Source: Selaginella moellendorffii
Taxonomy: Eukaryota > Plantae > Lycopodiophyta
Reading direction: 5' to 3'
Length of the DNA: 64,000 nucleotides
NCBI RefSeq assembly: GCF_000143415.4
Contig: NW_003314321.1
Span: 317,167 to 381,166 of the forward strand
In this document: positions 60,580-64,000 of the stretch, piece after piece
How the letters are laid out: the number at the start of each line of letters is the position of its first letter
How positions within the stretch are numbered: the first letter of the stretch is position 1
Notes under the pieces: generated by a model
The model's database searches: none
The model's input: only the letters and a program-made list of their open reading frames with translations
Told to the model about the DNA's origin: nothing
Translations under genes and position numbers: made by a program

Positions 60580-61695
60580 CAAATGCAAACCTTTCACTCT
60601 CATTTCACTTTCATCCTTTGCCTCTGACTAACTCTGCCATCTCTGCTTGTCTCTCCTCGACCTCTAGCTCCTGAGGAGAAGGAAGTCAAAAGATGGCCAA
60701 AAGGAATAAACCTGAAGAGCCCATAGCACCATCAGCCAGTGGTGAATTTACTAGTAGTCTATCGTCTCGCATGGGTGCGTCTAAAGCTTGTATTTGTAGA
60801 GGTATGTGATTGCCGAAACCATCGTGTCACTAGCTTCAAGCTCCAAAAAGAGAACACAAAAAGAAACAAGCAGAGACCAGAAAGAAACAAGCAGAGACCG
60901 TTTTAGGCGGAGAAAACAAACATGAAACTAAAACTCTTATCGTTATCGGACGAATTGGTGATGAAAAGTGTGTGAAACGCCACTATCAAGTCCAATTGCC
61001 TCCTCCTGGTTGCGGATATTTGCCATCCCCGCAAGCAAGCATGCTATAGTCTGTTCTTATAAAAATCATTGACTCTTTTTCTGCTCGCTCTCTCAGGTTT
61101 TCTTGGTATCTTGGATTGTCAATCGCATCAAATCTAAGCCAACGCTCTTGGTGCTCAACAAAGTGAAGCAAGGCGAGATATGTTTGAACTTGTACAGGGA
61201 TAGCACACTTGTGAATGTTAGTGGTGTGAGAAGAAAAACGGGATGAACGGCGAAGGTCCAGAATATGGAGCATGGAACTTCTGTTGTTTCCACTTAAGGC
61301 TGGACTTTTTTGTCAGAGATTAGAGTAAGGCGTCTATGCAGGATTCTGTGAGCGAGCATCAAGAACGATTATTTGTCTTGGAGGTCTTTCACAAGAAGAT
61401 TTCAACTGATCAAGTACTGTTCTCAGGTAATGTCAAATAATTTTATTGCTTGCATCTATATTCTCTTCTCTTTTTCATTTTTCTTTCTACCAGGTCAATG
61501 TAGTGCAGTACGTAGGACTTTATAGAGATCGAGATCCTAGTCAAGAAAGAGTCATAGAACGCAATTTTGCTAGGGAAGGTATGTGAAGGAAATGAGGTCT
61601 TAAGGAATTTCAAGTTGGACATCAACGATTTTGTTGATAGGAAACACCAGGTATTTGATATCTTAATTTCTCTCTCTTTTTCCTTCTTAGATCCA
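60580..61695. pseudogene. Deletion-riddled duplicate of the KINgamma-like / Era locus
   Basis: 60580-60947 matches about 48845-49334 and is joined directly to 60948-61695, which matches about 50429-51378. Introns are retained and the shared promoter region is missing. Confidence 0.9.
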
Positions 61696-61791
61696 ATAAA
61701 TCCAAGTTTATTGCTTAACGATGTTTAGTAAAAAAGAATATACAAATCAAAAGGGATATACTGCTGGGCTAGGGTTAGGGTTCTTGTAGCC

Positions 61792-63305
<1,514 letters not shown>

Positions 63306-64000
63306 CTTCCTGAACTATTATATTTAAGTTCACCCTTAATGTTTTAAAGTTTTAAAAATAGGAATTTAAAAATTCCTAGAACTATTCTAGGATATTCTTC
63401 TATTGTTTGTTTAACAAGTAATAGATCATATCCATCTATGATCAATTGTTTTTTGCTTCTATTGTGATCTTTTCCTCCTGCCATTTTCAGGGACTTTGAT
63501 GTAGGTATTTCCAGCTTTGACAACCAGCAAGGACATCAAAGTCTTTCATTTCAAAACCACAACTTGATACCCAACTTATTTTGGTGCGAGAAACTGAAAA
63601 AAATAAGAACAAATTCATGCTTAGTGCTTAACTTTAGACAGACTCCCCTTTTACATCCTTTTAAATTTTTGCAGCTTCTCAAGTATTAGAAAAGCCTGTA
63701 GAATCAAGCCCATGCACATACTCATTCCTCCACATGATCCAGTCGCCCCACAAGTGATTTGTCGCTGTGCTTGGCCGAGATCGAGGTGCCAGGGTTTCGA
63801 TTAGAAGTTTTACAATAGAGTGATCCAGGTGGCGGTATTGCAGCTTGCAAAATACGTGCATTTTTTTGTGACTCATTCTTTGATATTTCGGCCTCTTGAT
63901 CCATAGCTTATGCGGTTTAGGATATTTCTAGGAAACTTACTTCTGTTTAGCAGCTTTTCTAGCTTCTTCCCTTGTTGCAAAATGTTTAAGATGCCTAATA

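Noticed and set aside
63679-63904. Short minus-strand ORFs at the window end
   Set aside because: No motif and no clear splice structure; may belong to a feature outside the window.

Overview
Eukaryotic plant genomic DNA. The high gene density, very short (about 50-60 nt) GT-AG introns and GC-rich exons are consistent with a lycophyte such as Selaginella; this is an inference. About 18 protein-coding genes are present: GH3, nodulin-like MFS, USP-domain kinase, DnaJ-like Zn finger, TFIIIC Tau95, GT37 fucosyltransferase, secreted GNA-lectin fusion, cyclophilin, ZFC3H1-like, CGR2/3, WDR46/UTP7, OGG1, glucosylceramide synthase, KINgamma-like, Era, a proline-rich membrane protein, RPT3, and a spliced 92-aa secreted peptide precursor with a phytosulfokine-like DYIYSG motif that the ORF track misses. 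One Ty3/gypsy family appears in several states: a structurally complete copy (175-bp LTRs, 4-bp TSD, tRNA-Ala-like PBS, -1 slippery site plus pseudoknot), a degenerate copy, an older pol relic, a related non-coding LTR element and a 27-bp collapsed LTR. Three intron-retaining, deletion-riddled mosaic copies of nearby genes occur at 8.7-10.6 kb, 43.3-43.8 kb and 60.6-61.7 kb. Exon boundaries and family calls were read by eye without database searches.
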